This document shows, piece by piece, positions 11,751-23,130 of a stretch of 64,000 nucleotides of DNA. The stretch is from Felis catus (Eukaryota), in the NCBI RefSeq assembly GCF_018350175.1, contig NC_058383.1, positions 8,930,001 to 8,994,000 on the forward strand, in the 5' to 3' direction. Position numbers and translations under genes: made by a program. Below the pieces are notes generated by a model. It saw only the letters and a list, made by a program, of their open reading frames with translations. It made no database searches and was not told the origin of the DNA. How positions within the stretch are numbered: position 1 is the first letter of the stretch; every line of letters begins with the position of its first letter.

Positions 11751-13060
11751 GTGAGTCACGTTCTTCCCTCCCTTACACCCCTTGGACCTGAGGACGCAGT
11801 GGGGGACACACAGGCTTGGAGAGGAGGGGGGTGTCACCTCAGAGGGGTTAGATGTGTTCCGTGCGGTCTGGGAGGGCTTCCTGGAGGAGGTTATGCCTCG
11901 CTGGGCTTTGAAAGGATAGTAGAGGAGACTAAGCGGCCAACAAAACCAGAAAGGCTGTGACCTAAGACGCAGAGTGCCCTACTGGCAGGCGGGGGCGCTG
12001 CCCGAGGACTTAAACAGGGCAGTGACACGGTCCGAAGGGAGCGTAAGAAGGGCCACTCGGCAGCCAATCCAGGACAGAACTTGGCCCCAGAAGATGACTG
12101 GGGGGTGGTCACCATTGTCCCGGGAGAAACATCTAAATCAGGTGGGGGACCGGAGACAAGAGCAGGTTGGAGAGAGCGAGGTCTTGGAGCCCTGTAAGGA
12201 GGAACAATCTGGAACTGTTGAGGAGCTCTGCAAGGATCGGGAGAGCGCCAGGCTGAGGGGCCTTCCTGGAGGCGTGCCGTGAGGTAGGGGTGGTCTGCAA
12301 AGGTGACCCTTACCGTGAGGCGCCTCCCCGTGGGTGCTGCTGACCCTTGGATGGCGACTGCGGTGCCAGCAGGACGGCTGTGGTTCCGGAAAGGGGAACA
12401 GAAAACGAGAGTGGGGTCAGGGAGGAAGTGAAAGGGGCATGAGCAAGGAATATCCTGGACACGAAGTCCCAGGCCAGGGCGTTTCCCCCTCACCCCCCCC
12501 CCCCCGCCACCGAGGGGGTGGACGCTGGAACCAGACTGCAGAGGGCCCAGTGACAGACCAGAGGCATACTGGGAGGTGGCACCATCCTGGCCTTGGGGAC
12601 CCTGCGGACTCCCCTCCCCACAGAGCCAGCCCAGGTCATCCCCGATCTTGTCCAGTGCAAGCAGGAGCCAGGGAGAGTCACTGTTTGAGCTGATGAGGGA
12701 GTTTCTAGACCTTTCCTCTCCAAACCCACGGTTGCCCCCCTGGGATTTTCAGGCTCGGCCCAAGGGGAGGCCGATGTTCAATGAACGCCCACTGCGGGTC
12801 CAAGGGTGGGCCCGATCCAACGGGACCTCCTGTGATCTGGGTTCCGCAGCTAGAGGCTTCAAACAAAGACGGTCGGGACCGCTCCCCTCACAGCACGGGC
12901 TGGAAACACTCTCCTTGGGGACCAGGGACAGCCGCACAGTGGAATCCTATGCAGCCCTTAACAGGAGGTCTTAAAAATAGATCAAATGGGAGGAAAAATG
13001 TTTTCTAGAATTCCACCTTTTGCTTTAAAAATCCAGTTTCTTTTTTAATCAAGGGACTTA

Positions 13061-13625
13061 CTTTTTAAAAATTGTGGCAAAACACACATAACATAAAATT
13101 TACCATCTTAACCATTTTTAAGTGTTCAGTTCAGGGGCATTAAGTACCTTCACGGCGTTGGACGAACATCACCACCGTCCATCTCCAGAATTCTCTTCGT
13201 CTTCCCAGACAGAAACTCTGTCCCCCATTAAACACTAACCCCACGTTCCCCCAGCCCCCGCTAGCCACCCTTCTACTCTCTGTGTCTGTCATTTGACTAC
13301 GCCGGGGACCTCACCTAGGTGGAATCGTACAGTGTTTGTTTGTGCACTGGCTTATTTCACTGACCATAATGTCCTCAAGGTCCATCCATGCTGTAGCAGG
13401 TGTCCGAATGCCCTTCCTTCCTGAGTAGTATTCTGTTGTGCTCTAGACCAAGTGTTGGTCCTCCATTCATGCATCCGCGGTCCCTTGCTTTGCTCCCATC
13501 TTTTGGTGCCTGTGAACGATGCTGCCATGAACACGGGCGGACCAAGAGTCCCTGCTTTCAGCTCTTGCCCGGTAGATACCCAGAAGTGGGATTCCCGGAT
13601 CATTTGGCAATTCCATACGGAGCCA
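13061..13625 (-). mobile_element. Old L1 (L1M-type) 3' end fragment
   Basis: acataaaatttaccatcttaaccatttttaagtg...ggcttatttcactgaccataatgtcctcaaggtccatccatg is typical of antisense L1 3' UTR. Confidence 0.85.
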
Positions 13626-13664
13626 TCCTGTTCCCACATACTTTTTAGTCCTGTTTGAATTGTT

Positions 13665-13916
13665 TTTTTATTTTTTATTTTATTTTTTTTTTAAACTTTA
13701 AATTTTTTTTTTTCAACGTTTATTTATTTTTGGGACAGAGAGAGACAGAGCATGAACGGGGGAGGGGCAGAGAGAGAGGGAGACACAGAACCGGAAACAG
13801 GCTCCAGGCTCTGAGCCATCAGCCCAGAGCCCGACGCGGGGCTCGAACTCCCGGACCGTGAGATCGTGACCTGGCTGAAGTCGGACGCTTAACCGACTGC
13901 GCCACCCAGGCGCCCC
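13665..13916 (-). mobile_element. Young SINEC_Fc with perfect 19-bp target-site duplication
   Basis: Full-length cat SINE. TAGTCCTGTTTGAATTGTT at 13646-13664 and 13917-13935. Confidence 0.97.
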
Positions 13917-14273
13917 TAGTCCTGTTTGAATTGTTAACAGTGTGAAGGAAACAGCGACTCAAGCGTTGGAATAAGCTGACAAATAAGGTCCCCTCTCGTT
14001 TGCTCCTGGATGGGCAAACATTAAAATCACACAGTGTATGATTCCGTTTATACAAAGTGTCCAGAATAGGCAAATCGAAAGAGACAGGGAGAGGGAGTGA
14101 CCGATGGGTTTGGAGTTTCCTGTTGGGGTAATAAGGATATTGTGACATGGGATGGTGGGGATGGTTTCATCACACTGTGCCTATGTTTTAGAAAACTGAA
14201 CCGTATACTTGAAGACAGTGGCGTTTATTATATAAATTACAGCTTGATGGTTTTTTAAAGGTTGATGGCACCA

Positions 14274-14670
14274 GGGGCGCCTGGGCGGTTTAAGTGTCCG
14301 ACTCTTGATTTCAGCTCAGGTCATGAGTTCGTGGTTCATGAGTTCGAGCCCCGCATCAAGCTCTGTGCTGACAGTGCAGAGCCTGCTTGGGCTCTCTCTC
14401 CCGCCCTCTCTGCCCCTTCCTTGCTCATTCTCTGTCTCTCAAAATAAATAAAACATTAAAAAATATATAGCTTTATAGGGGCATCTGGGTGGCTCAGTCA
14501 GTTGAGTGTCCGACTTCGGTTCAGGTCATGATCTCCCAGTTCTTGGGTTCGAGTCCCACGTCAGGCTCTGTGCTGACAGCTCAGAGCCTGGAGCCTGCTT
14601 CGGATTCTGTGTCTCCCTCTCTCTCTGCCCACTCTCTCCCTCTCTCTCTGTCTCAAAAATAAACATTTAA
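14274..14670 (+). mobile_element. Two tandem/nested SINEC elements
   Basis: Heads at about 14274 and 14478. The whole composite, including the following AT-rich block, is flanked by AAAGGTTGATG(G/A)CACCA at 14257-14273 and 14866-14882. Confidence 0.92.
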
Positions 14671-14679
14671 AGTATATGT

Positions 14680-14727
<48 letters not shown>

Positions 14728-14855
14728 ATGTATATATATATAGTATATATACTATATATGCTGTATATACAGCATATATAGTATATATACTATATATATA
14801 GTATATACATACTTTAAGTGTTTATTATGTATACTATGTATATAGCATATATATA
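14658..14855. repeat. AT-rich (TATATG)n/(TA)n microsatellite with a 68-bp perfect palindrome
   Basis: Perfect inverted symmetry at 14733-14800, centred on GCTGTATATACAGC. Confidence 0.92.
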
Positions 14856-15138
14856 AAACCTCATAAAAGGTTGATGACACCATAAACAAACAAAACATGA
14901 AGACACCTGACCCCAATCTGTCTTCTGCTCAGGGTGGGTCACACCCTGCAGGAGGAGAAGGGGGACTTGCCAGAGTCTAGAAGGTCAGGGAGATAGCCAC
15001 AGGCAAAGAAGGGGCTCCAGGTAGATGGAGGAATACTTGTGCCAGCCTGGTGGCCTCTCCACCCCCCACCTCCCCTTCCACCGCGGGCCCTGCCTGCCCG
15101 CCCACCTGCCCACTGCCTACCTGCCCGCCTGCCCCCAG

Positions 15139-15255
15139 GAGAACCGCCTGGCCCAGCACACCATCCAAGCCCTGCAGAGCGAGCTGGACAGTTTGCGTGC
15201 CGACAACATCAAGCTCTTCGAGAAGATCAAGTTCCTGCAGAGCTACCCGGGCCGT
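15139..15255 (+). CDS. CUX1: CASP exon 4 of 9 (ENRLAQHTIQALQSELDSLRADNIKLFEKIKFLQSYPGR)
   Basis: cccAG acceptor, CGT|gtaag donor, 117 nt. Contains the DNIKLFEKIKFLQSY motif. Confidence 0.97.
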
Positions 15256-15636
15256 GTAAGCGCCCTCCCCGATTTCAGCCCCAGGTGTAGGCCCAGGCAG
15301 GGAGAGGGGTCGACGGGGCCCTCCAAGGCCAGAGGGTTGGAGACAGTGACCTGCTGGGCAGCACTGGGCATAGGAGCCCTCAGAGGCCATCCAGCCCGCC
15401 CTGCCTACCGGCGGTCCTCCCTAAGCCGGGGAGAGCCCCCCACAGCGGAGCCTTTGTGCAGGTGCATTCATCAGAAGCAGTCGGGGGGTGGTGAGGTGCT
15501 ACAAGAGGGGGGGGGCCACCCATGGGCCCAGGTGACCCCTCCAAGAAGTGGGAGCGATCTCCTAGTTGATCTTAGGATCCAGGGATTTTAACATGCAGGA
15601 TAGGCCCTGGGGAATCCGTAGGTTTTAAAATTACAT

Positions 15637-15674
<38 letters not shown>

Positions 15675-16366
15675 GAATTGGCTCCAATATCCCCCAAAAC
15701 AATCCAGAAAATCAGAGCAAACACCTATTCCATTCCGAGCCTCGGAGTGCCCTCCCTGGCTTCTCTCAGCCCCTCGGCTTCACACGGGACCTCCTCGTGC
15801 GAGGAAACCCTTTGTGACCATAGGGAGACAGAGTGGCCTGCGGAAGGGTCCCGGCGGGGGCCACCCTAGGACAAGAGCCTCAGCCACGATCGCCCACTGT
15901 ACCTGTTGGAACTGTACTCAGGCCAGCAGAGGGCGCTCAGACTCTGTGCAAACTAGCGCCATGTACCCAGTGCCCCCGGCTGGGGCGAGTGTGACCATCT
16001 CACCTCTGAGGTGCCCGCCCATGCCCCCCGGCCACCCTGCACGCTCCCAGCGAACCACTTCCAAACCCACTTCCCTGCACTGGTCCAGCCCTGCCTGTGC
16101 TGGGCGTTCCAGCCCCAGACTGGGCTTTTAGTTCCCACTACCTGCCCGGAGTCAGGCGGCCCAGACCCCCGTGGCAATGCTCCTAGACATGTGGCCCCAG
16201 CCTGCTGTCACCCAGCCCACTCCCAGCTCTAGGGTGCGGGGCCCCTCCCTCGCCTCCGCTGTGCTGATGAGGAACTGAGGCTCCCGGGTGATCCTGCCAG
16301 CCACAGAGCCTTATCCCTGGCCTCCCTGCCGGGCCCTTGGTGACTGGGTCTCTCCTCTTCCTGCAG

Positions 16367-16450
16367 AGTGGCAGCAGTGACGACACAGAGCTGCGGTACT
16401 CCTCCCAGTACGAGGAGCGCCTGGACCCCTTCTCCTCCTTCAGCAGGCGG
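16367..16450 (+). CDS. CUX1: CASP exon 5 of 9 (SGSSDDTELRYSSQYEERLDPFSSFSRR)
   Basis: ctgcAG acceptor, CGG|gtgcgt donor, 84 nt. Contains YEERLDPF. Confidence 0.96.
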
Positions 16451-17079
16451 GTGCGTGAGCTCGGCCTCAGAGCAAGGCAGACGCCCTCACTGGCGGCTGC
16501 AGGGAAGCCCGGAGGACCCACCAGCTGACCGGGCCTCAGCCCGCCCTCACTCCCCACGCCACCAGCCCTGGTCTGTTCGCTCAGGCCCGGCCTCGCCCTG
16601 CGCTCGGCCACACGGCCCCACACACACCCCAGACCACCGGCGTGGCCTCCGCGCCTGCTTTGGTGCCGCGGAGGCCCAGGGTCCACGCCGGGCAGGCCAA
16701 GGGCGCCCAGAATATCTGACGGCTCTGTGGGGATGCGTGACAGCGAGTGGGTGAACCCCACGTGCGTGCTCGGGGGTCAGGCAGACAAGCACAGAGCTCC
16801 CCATGTCAAGGGGCCTCCGGGAGGCCCCCGTCTCTGGCTGCAGAGACCCTGCCAGGGAGAATGGGCCTCCGAAGAGGGCAGAGGGAGGCAGCTATGGCGG
16901 GAGTTGCTCACACAGGGGTCGGGTGAGCCTAGATGTGCTGCTGAGTGGAACGGGACACCAGGGAGGCCCCGGCAGCCCCCTGGGGTTCTGCAGGAACGGC
17001 AGGGCACGGTCCCTCTCTGCGGCATGCCGGGGCCTGTGGGACCCTCGGGGTCCTCTCCTCATCATCTCCCCCCCTTCAG

Positions 17080-17136
17080 GAGCGGCAGCGGAAGTACCTG
17101 AGCCTGAGCCCTTGGGACAAGGCCACACTCAGCATG
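17080..17136 (+). CDS. CUX1: CASP exon 6 of 9 (ERQRKYLSLSPWDKATLSM)
   Basis: ttcAG acceptor, ATG|gtgag donor, 57 nt. Confidence 0.96.
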
Positions 17137-17513
17137 GTGAGTCCCCTCCTCCACGCCCAGCCGAACCTCTGACTCTGGGCCTCCAAAGACATCTGCCCTC
17201 CGTCCAGTCTGGAGAGGCCCCAGGGACCCCACTCACCCCTCACAGGCCCTGCCATGAGTGGCTGTGGGACCTAGAACAGGGTCCCTCCCTGTCCAGGACA
17301 GCTCCTCTTGGTAGCACCATTCATGGTAGGTTCTGGAATGGTGCCGCAGGGGGCGCCATTCCTTAGCACTCCTGGGGCCCGATTTCTCAGCCCCCGCTGC
17401 CTGCTCTCCCCTCCTCTCGCTGCCGGGGGTCCCTCTGTGCAGGAACCCAGGGCGGCCCTTCAGGGCTGGATGAGGCCTGTCCCCTCCCCACTCCACACCT
17501 TGTTGCTCCCCAG

Positions 17514-17594
17514 GGACGACTGGTTCTCTCCAATAAGATAGCACGCACCATTGGCTTCTTCTACACACTGTTCCTGCATTGCTTGGTCTTCCTG
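17514..17594 (+). CDS. CUX1: CASP exon 7 of 9, most of the golgin transmembrane anchor (GRLVLSNKIARTIGFFYTLFLHCLVFL)
   Basis: cccAG acceptor, CTG|gtgag donor, 81 nt. Hydrophobic helix with the Tyr and His shared by CASP/golgin-84/giantin anchors. Missing from the ORF track; translated by hand. Confidence 0.95.
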
Positions 17595-18340
17595 GTGAGT
17601 ATCCAGGCAGGCAGCCAGGACTGCCTTCCCCACACTTCCCGGACCTCCAAGGGCAGCGGGGTCCCTATGATCGGGGCCTGGCACCCTGGGCCAACCCTAA
17701 GCCACACTGTCTACCCTTGGCCACTTCTCGCCCCTTCTCTCCCTCTGGCTGGGGCTGCAGCCCAGGTACCTGCTCTGTGGAAACAGCCTGGCTGACTCCA
17801 TCCAGGGGCCGGGCCTAGAGGGGCTCGGGGGCCTAGAATGGCCACTGTGGAAGCCTGAGGCAGGCAGGAAAGAAGGTCTGAAAACTCTACTAAGGGCCAG
17901 CCAGGTGGGCTGCACAAGCAGGGACGTCTTGAACTGAATCTCCTCAGATGCAGAGTGATGGTCCAGTTAGAGGGCCCGGCCTAATGATGTCTGCAAGTCC
18001 GCTGAGTCAGGGAATCGGAGAGGGTAGGGCGTGCCTGCGGAAGGCTCCGGCCTCGGGGACTCCCGTCCCCAGCAAGGCCCCTACATGGTTAGCCTGGGCT
18101 CCAACTCCCACCCCAGGGCCAATAGGTTACAATGTTAAGGACCATGCCTCCGTGTCCAGGCCCGCCTGGCCGTGTGTGACACAGGTGGGCACAGGGGCAT
18201 CTCTGAGGCCCTCCCGCCCTGGGGTCTGGGCTGTGAGAACCGTCATGTGCCGCCGGGAAGCCAGGCCCAGGGTCTGGGCGTAGACGGCAGGAGTGGGGGT
18301 GAGGCAGGACAGACGGCTCACTGTGTCTCTGCCTGGCCAG

Positions 18341-18405
18341 GTGCTCTACAAGCTGGCGTGGAGCGAGAGCATGGAGAGGGACTGTGCCACCTTCTGCGCT
18401 AAGAA
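18341..18405 (+). CDS. CUX1: CASP exon 8 of 9 (VLYKLAWSESMERDCATFCAK)
   Basis: gccAG acceptor, AA|gtgag donor, 65 nt, phase 0 to 2. Confidence 0.95.
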
Positions 18406-18640
18406 GTGAGGACATCACCCGAGTCCCACCACAGCCCTGCACTGAGCCCCCCAGCCCCACCGAGCTCCTCCCGTGTTCCCCACCCTCAGCCCCTCACCTG
18501 CCCCCCACCCCCGGCTCCCCAGCACCTACCCTGTCACATGGTGCACACCCCCTGGGGATCCCCGTGCCCCCCTCCACACACACACAAGCACTTCTCTCCT
18601 TTTCACACTCGGTCTCAGCAAAGGTTTCTGTCCCCCACAG

Positions 18641-18710
18641 GTTCGCTGATCACCTGCACAAGTTCCACGAGAATGACAATGGGGCGGCCGCCGGTGACTT
18701 GTGGCAATGA
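18641..18710 (+). CDS. CUX1: CASP terminal coding exon (FADHLHKFHENDNGAAAGDLWQ*)
   Basis: cacAG acceptor, TGA at 18708-18710. Recognised CASP C-terminus. Confidence 0.97.
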
Positions 18711-19495
18711 GTCCCCGGGCCCCCCCCCCCGACACGACAGTGATGGCTGCATTCTGCCCCCCTGCTTGTTCAGCTGCTTCTAATGATTTAGACTTCCCTG
18801 GAGAATTCCCCTAAGAAACCACCCACCGGTGCCAGAGGTCCAGGTTCCCCCCCCCACCGTGCCCCCTTAAAAGAATGTCTTAGCCATATCAGGCCCCCTA
18901 GGTCCAAAAAGCCCCCAAGGCCCAGCCAGGCTAAGGTCCAAGGGGCCCCCTCAGCCCCATCTTAGGGGCGCCACCCACAGCCTGGCCATCAGGCCTGGTG
19001 GCAGTCACCTCCCAGTTATGATGCTGATGGAGTCCTCACTGATTCTGGCCATGGTTAATCCAGCTGGGAACCCACGGGCCTCTCTGTGCCAGACTCTGGG
19101 ATCCCCTAGGGCCCCCCCAGGACCTACCACCACTCCCCAAGAGATAGAGGGCCCTTCCTAACAGGCCAGCAGGCTTTGAGTCCCCACCCCACCCCAAGAA
19201 GGGGAGGCCCCGGCGGGCACGGGATAGTTTTCCATGACCTCCTTCCTGCCCCCAGACCCACTGTGATTTTTGCTTTCTTCTTTAGCAAGCTATTTTGGCT
19301 TCTAGGCAAGGACGGGTCTCCAGTGAGCCCCTGGGCTTCAGGGTCTTCAGACCCAAGGACTGGTCCAAGGGGCCCAGGTGTTTTTCTCAGCCAAGCAGAA
19401 CTGGCCGTGGGCCATCGTTGCATGGCCACCTTGGGGCCACTGGCCGATCCTCCTAGGTTAGATTTGCACTCGCGTGTTCAGCTTTGCACATTTCA

Positions 19496-19501
19496 AATAA
19501 A
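19496..19501 (+). terminator. CUX1: CASP isoform poly(A) signal AATAAA
   Basis: Canonical hexamer about 790 nt after the stop codon. Confidence 0.75.
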
Positions 19502-21599
19502 CACATGGTTGCAGCGACACTGGTGCCCATGCTCTGTGACTCCCGGGGTACAGGAGGCTGGTGGGTGCCTGCAGCCACGTGCCTGGGAGCTGTGGCCCGA
19601 CCTTCCAGCTGCTCTGTTCGTTCCAGGCATGGCCCCCCAGGACGTGGGATGTCTCTTCCTTTTCCCATCCCCCAGGAATTCCGTGAGTGGGTCCAGACCT
19701 TTGCGGGAACCAAAATCCACAAAGTCTGAGTTCTCTTGAGCAGATAAGCAACCCAATCAAGAAGAGAAATCTATCTCTTTAAGAAAACAAAACAAAACTA
19801 TCTGTCAGGCTGCATTTGGATGTGTGATGCGTGATGCATGTGCGGTGTCAGCTTCTGGGGAATCCCTTTCTGTGTGCCCTGGAGCCATGCACTCTCTGCC
19901 ACTTTCCCTTGGGCCCCTGCTGGCCATGCCCTCCAAGCCTCCTGAGTACCAGCTTTGCATGGGGACCTCCTGAGCCACAGGTCCGCCCCAGCCCAGCTCT
20001 ATTCATATGGGTCCCTTCCCACCCAGACCGAGGGGCCTCCTTTTGGTTTGTGAAGGCCCCACTGGCCAGCTGGCCTCAAAGCTGGCTCCACACCCAGCTA
20101 CCGCCCCACAGTTCACCAGACCAGAGTCCCCTGTACCATCATTGTCTCCGTTTTAGTCCTGGACACTAGAGTTCAGGACCCTGGGGTCCCACCCTCAGCA
20201 CCTGCCCCATCAGACCTTCCTCCAAGGCCCCAGAGGCCCCTGCCCTCAGGGACCCCAGATGATGAACCTGTCCTCCCTGACTCTCATTCCTGTCCCCACG
20301 ACAAAGCTGCTCTTGGCCAATCACCAACACCCTCCACCCTCCTTCCACTGTTTCCCACTGGTTCCTCTTATGGGTCAGAGTCACCAAGCAGCCGGCTCCT
20401 CCTCGCTTCCTCCTCCCTGGAGATCAGAGCAATTGTCCTGCCCAGGGCTCCAAATCCCAGGACCCTCCCTGGCCGATGACAGCCCATCAGCAGAGCTCAG
20501 CTCACTACTTGGAGGATCCAGGTTAGTCCATGGGGGCCAGGCCCTCCCATCTCCCAGAAGGGTGGAGGGGGACCATAGCCAGGCTACCCACACACACTCC
20601 CGCAGCTGTGCCGGCTTCATTCATAGACCTCCTGGTCGCCAGCCAGGAGTACAGGCCTCTGCGCAGCTCCAATCGATAGCTGGTCCACGTCTAAGCTTTC
20701 ATTAAGTGTCTGTTAGCCAGGTCCTGCTGAGGGGGCAGCTGGTCTGGGTGTGGAAGGGAAGAAACCAGGTACCAGGACCTCGGATGACACCTGACTTACT
20801 TCAGCACCCCTGAAGAGGGCAGTCCAGGGCTGGGGGGCAGAAGGTAAGGGCTCCAGGCCACTCTCCACCTTCATCAGCCCAATGCTCCTCTCTAGGCCCC
20901 ACCCTTCCCATCCACAAGATTGGGATAAAAGCCTTTCCTTGCCTGTCCTGCTTCCGTGGAAATCAGAGATGTGAAATGGCTTTGAGAAAGGTTAGAGGGC
21001 TCTGTACAAAGATCAGAGGTCATTATGGGTGGAAAAGGACAACAGATGGAGGCACTCGCGGCTAGTAGGGAGACCATGGCCGACCACAGAACTGCCAGAG
21101 GTGGGGCTGCGGAAGGTTTAGTAAGGGCAGGGAGAACTGATCTAACCACCCCTGCAGGGGTGGAGGGCTTGGCACAGGAGAGGAGGGGAGAAGGAGTTCC
21201 AGCACCCTCCTCTCCCCGGGAGCAAGCAATAGGTCTGATCTCTGAGCTGCCCTCCCACTCCCCCTGGACCCCTGCTAGCCTCTTGGAGGCCCCAGCTTGC
21301 GAGGGGTCAGTCCATAATTGCTCTGCAAAGACCAGCAGGAGTCTGTTTTCTTAGCCAGAGTGGTCTTGGCCCTAATCTCTGCCTTGGGCTTTGGGGGCTG
21401 CAGAACCCAGCAGGGGTGAAAAAGCCAGGGCTGTGTCCCACCCTCATCAGCCCCATTTGACCTCTGAAGATCTCTCCGGGAGCCCTCAGTCTCCCCATCA
21501 CTGTGAAGGTGCATAGATGGGGCCCTGCTTGGGTCTTCCCGCCCTCTAGCCCTTGGGCTATTTCCGGCAAGGGGAGGGCGGAGAAGAGAGGGCGTGGTG

Positions 21600-23130
21600 C
21601 TCGCCCTGGGGATTTATGAGAACCAGACGTCGACTTCCCCTGTTGCGACATCTGGGCCTCCTCGAGGCTCCCATTGTTCCCGAGGCGGACGGGTCCAAGA
21701 CCGCGGCGGCCCCCGCTGGAGGCCCATCTCCAAGGGGCGCCTACGCCCCCATACACCCCACTATTCAGGCCACCCACCCGGACCCCACCCGCCGCGCTCC
21801 CGGGGCACGCTTCCGCGAGGGGGAGACTTTCGCCCCAAAACAGGCGGCTGCCGGCCAGTTCCTAAGTCCCTGGGCCCCAGCACTCTGTCGCCGCCGCCGC
21901 TGCAGCCCCACGGAGGCTAACACCAGCAGCGGGCGAGGTTCAGGCTCCGCTAAGGGCTGGGGGCGCGCCGGGGGCGGGGCCGACGCGGCCCGAGGCGGGC
22001 GGGGGGGCGGGGCCCGCGCCGGGGGCGGGGCCGAGGAGGCGCGCGCCGCGCGGGCGGGGGGCGGAGGGGGAGCGGGCGGGGCGCGCGCGGCGCGGGGCTG
22101 AGCTCGCAGCGCGCGGGGCTCGGCCGCCGGGACCGCCGAGCCGGGGCCGCGCAGGGCCCGCGAGGAGCGCACGAGCCTTCGAGGTTGCGGACGAGGGAAG
22201 GAGGAGCCGCAGCCGACGCCGGCGCCCGCCGGGAGAGAGCCCGAACCCGCCGCGGGCCATGAGCCGCCGGGCCCCGAGAGCCGGGCCGCGGTCGGGGCAG
22301 CGCTCCGCCGGCGCCCCGGCCCGCCCGGTCGCAGCTGCGCGCCTGTAGGTACGGCCTGCTCGTCCTCAGTTCCCTCGTCCATCTCCCCAGACCCGGTCCG
22401 TCCCTGAGGGCGTGCGTGTGTGTGCGCACGGCTGCCCGGGGAAGCGCGGCCGCACGCGCCCTGGTCCGCGCGTGTCGTCTTTGTGTGCGCGGGTGGGAGG
22501 GAGCGCGACGGAGGAGATGCGTCCCCAGCGGGGACCCACTAGCCGACCCCCTCCCGGGCTGGGCGGGAGGGGCCGAGCCGCCTCCGGAGCAGCTGCGCCC
22601 CCGCCCCCTCCTAGGGCCCAGGCCGAGTGGTGGGGCGAGCTCAGCGGGCCCCCTGGAGGAGGGGTCTCTGGCCCGGGAGCGTCGCAAGGGAGACCGAGAC
22701 TCTTCCCTTGGCTGCGAGGGCGGGGGGCGGGCCCACCTGGAAGGAGGGTACGAGCCCCGAGAGGACCCTATCCAGTCCACAGTCACCGGGCCGGCACGCC
22801 CTCCATTCGGCCCAGGCCATCTTTCTCACGGTCCCCAGTTCGGCCCGCCCACCCCGGGAGCTCTCCGACCGCCCTCGATAGTGGGGAGGACCGTGGAGGG
22901 TGCCCGAGAGGCCGGCTCCTTTAAGAAGGGGCGGGTTCATGCCCTCCATTCAGGCCCTTCGGCCTCAACCATTGATGAACCTACTGGCCGCGCGGGGCCC
23001 GGGAACCGCGCCAAGGCCAGGCAGAGGCTGGGACCCGGCCCGGCCCCCATCAGCCCACGAAGTGAGGTCCTCAGAGGGAGAAGGCTACAGTGACGGGGGT
23101 CCCTTAGGAACCGCGCAAGGCCGGTCCGGC
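21600..23130 (+). promoter_or_regulatory. SH2B2: CpG-island promoter of SH2B2 with clustered GC boxes and G-quadruplex potential
   Basis: Very high GC and CpG content. Repeated GGGGCGGGG at about 21970-22080. No obvious TATA box. Confidence 0.88.
22100..22348 (+). other. SH2B2: Probable non-coding first exon of SH2B2 (start approximate)
   Basis: Follows the GC boxes and ends at a TAG|gtacgg donor. Confidence 0.6.

Noticed and set aside
15642..15673. Long poly(A) run as a retrocopy tail
   Set aside because: No recognisable retroposed body or target-site duplication upstream. Treated as a simple repeat.
21553..23093. Multiple 170-280-aa ORFs on both strands
   Set aside because: CpG-island artefacts with low-complexity R/G/A/P composition.
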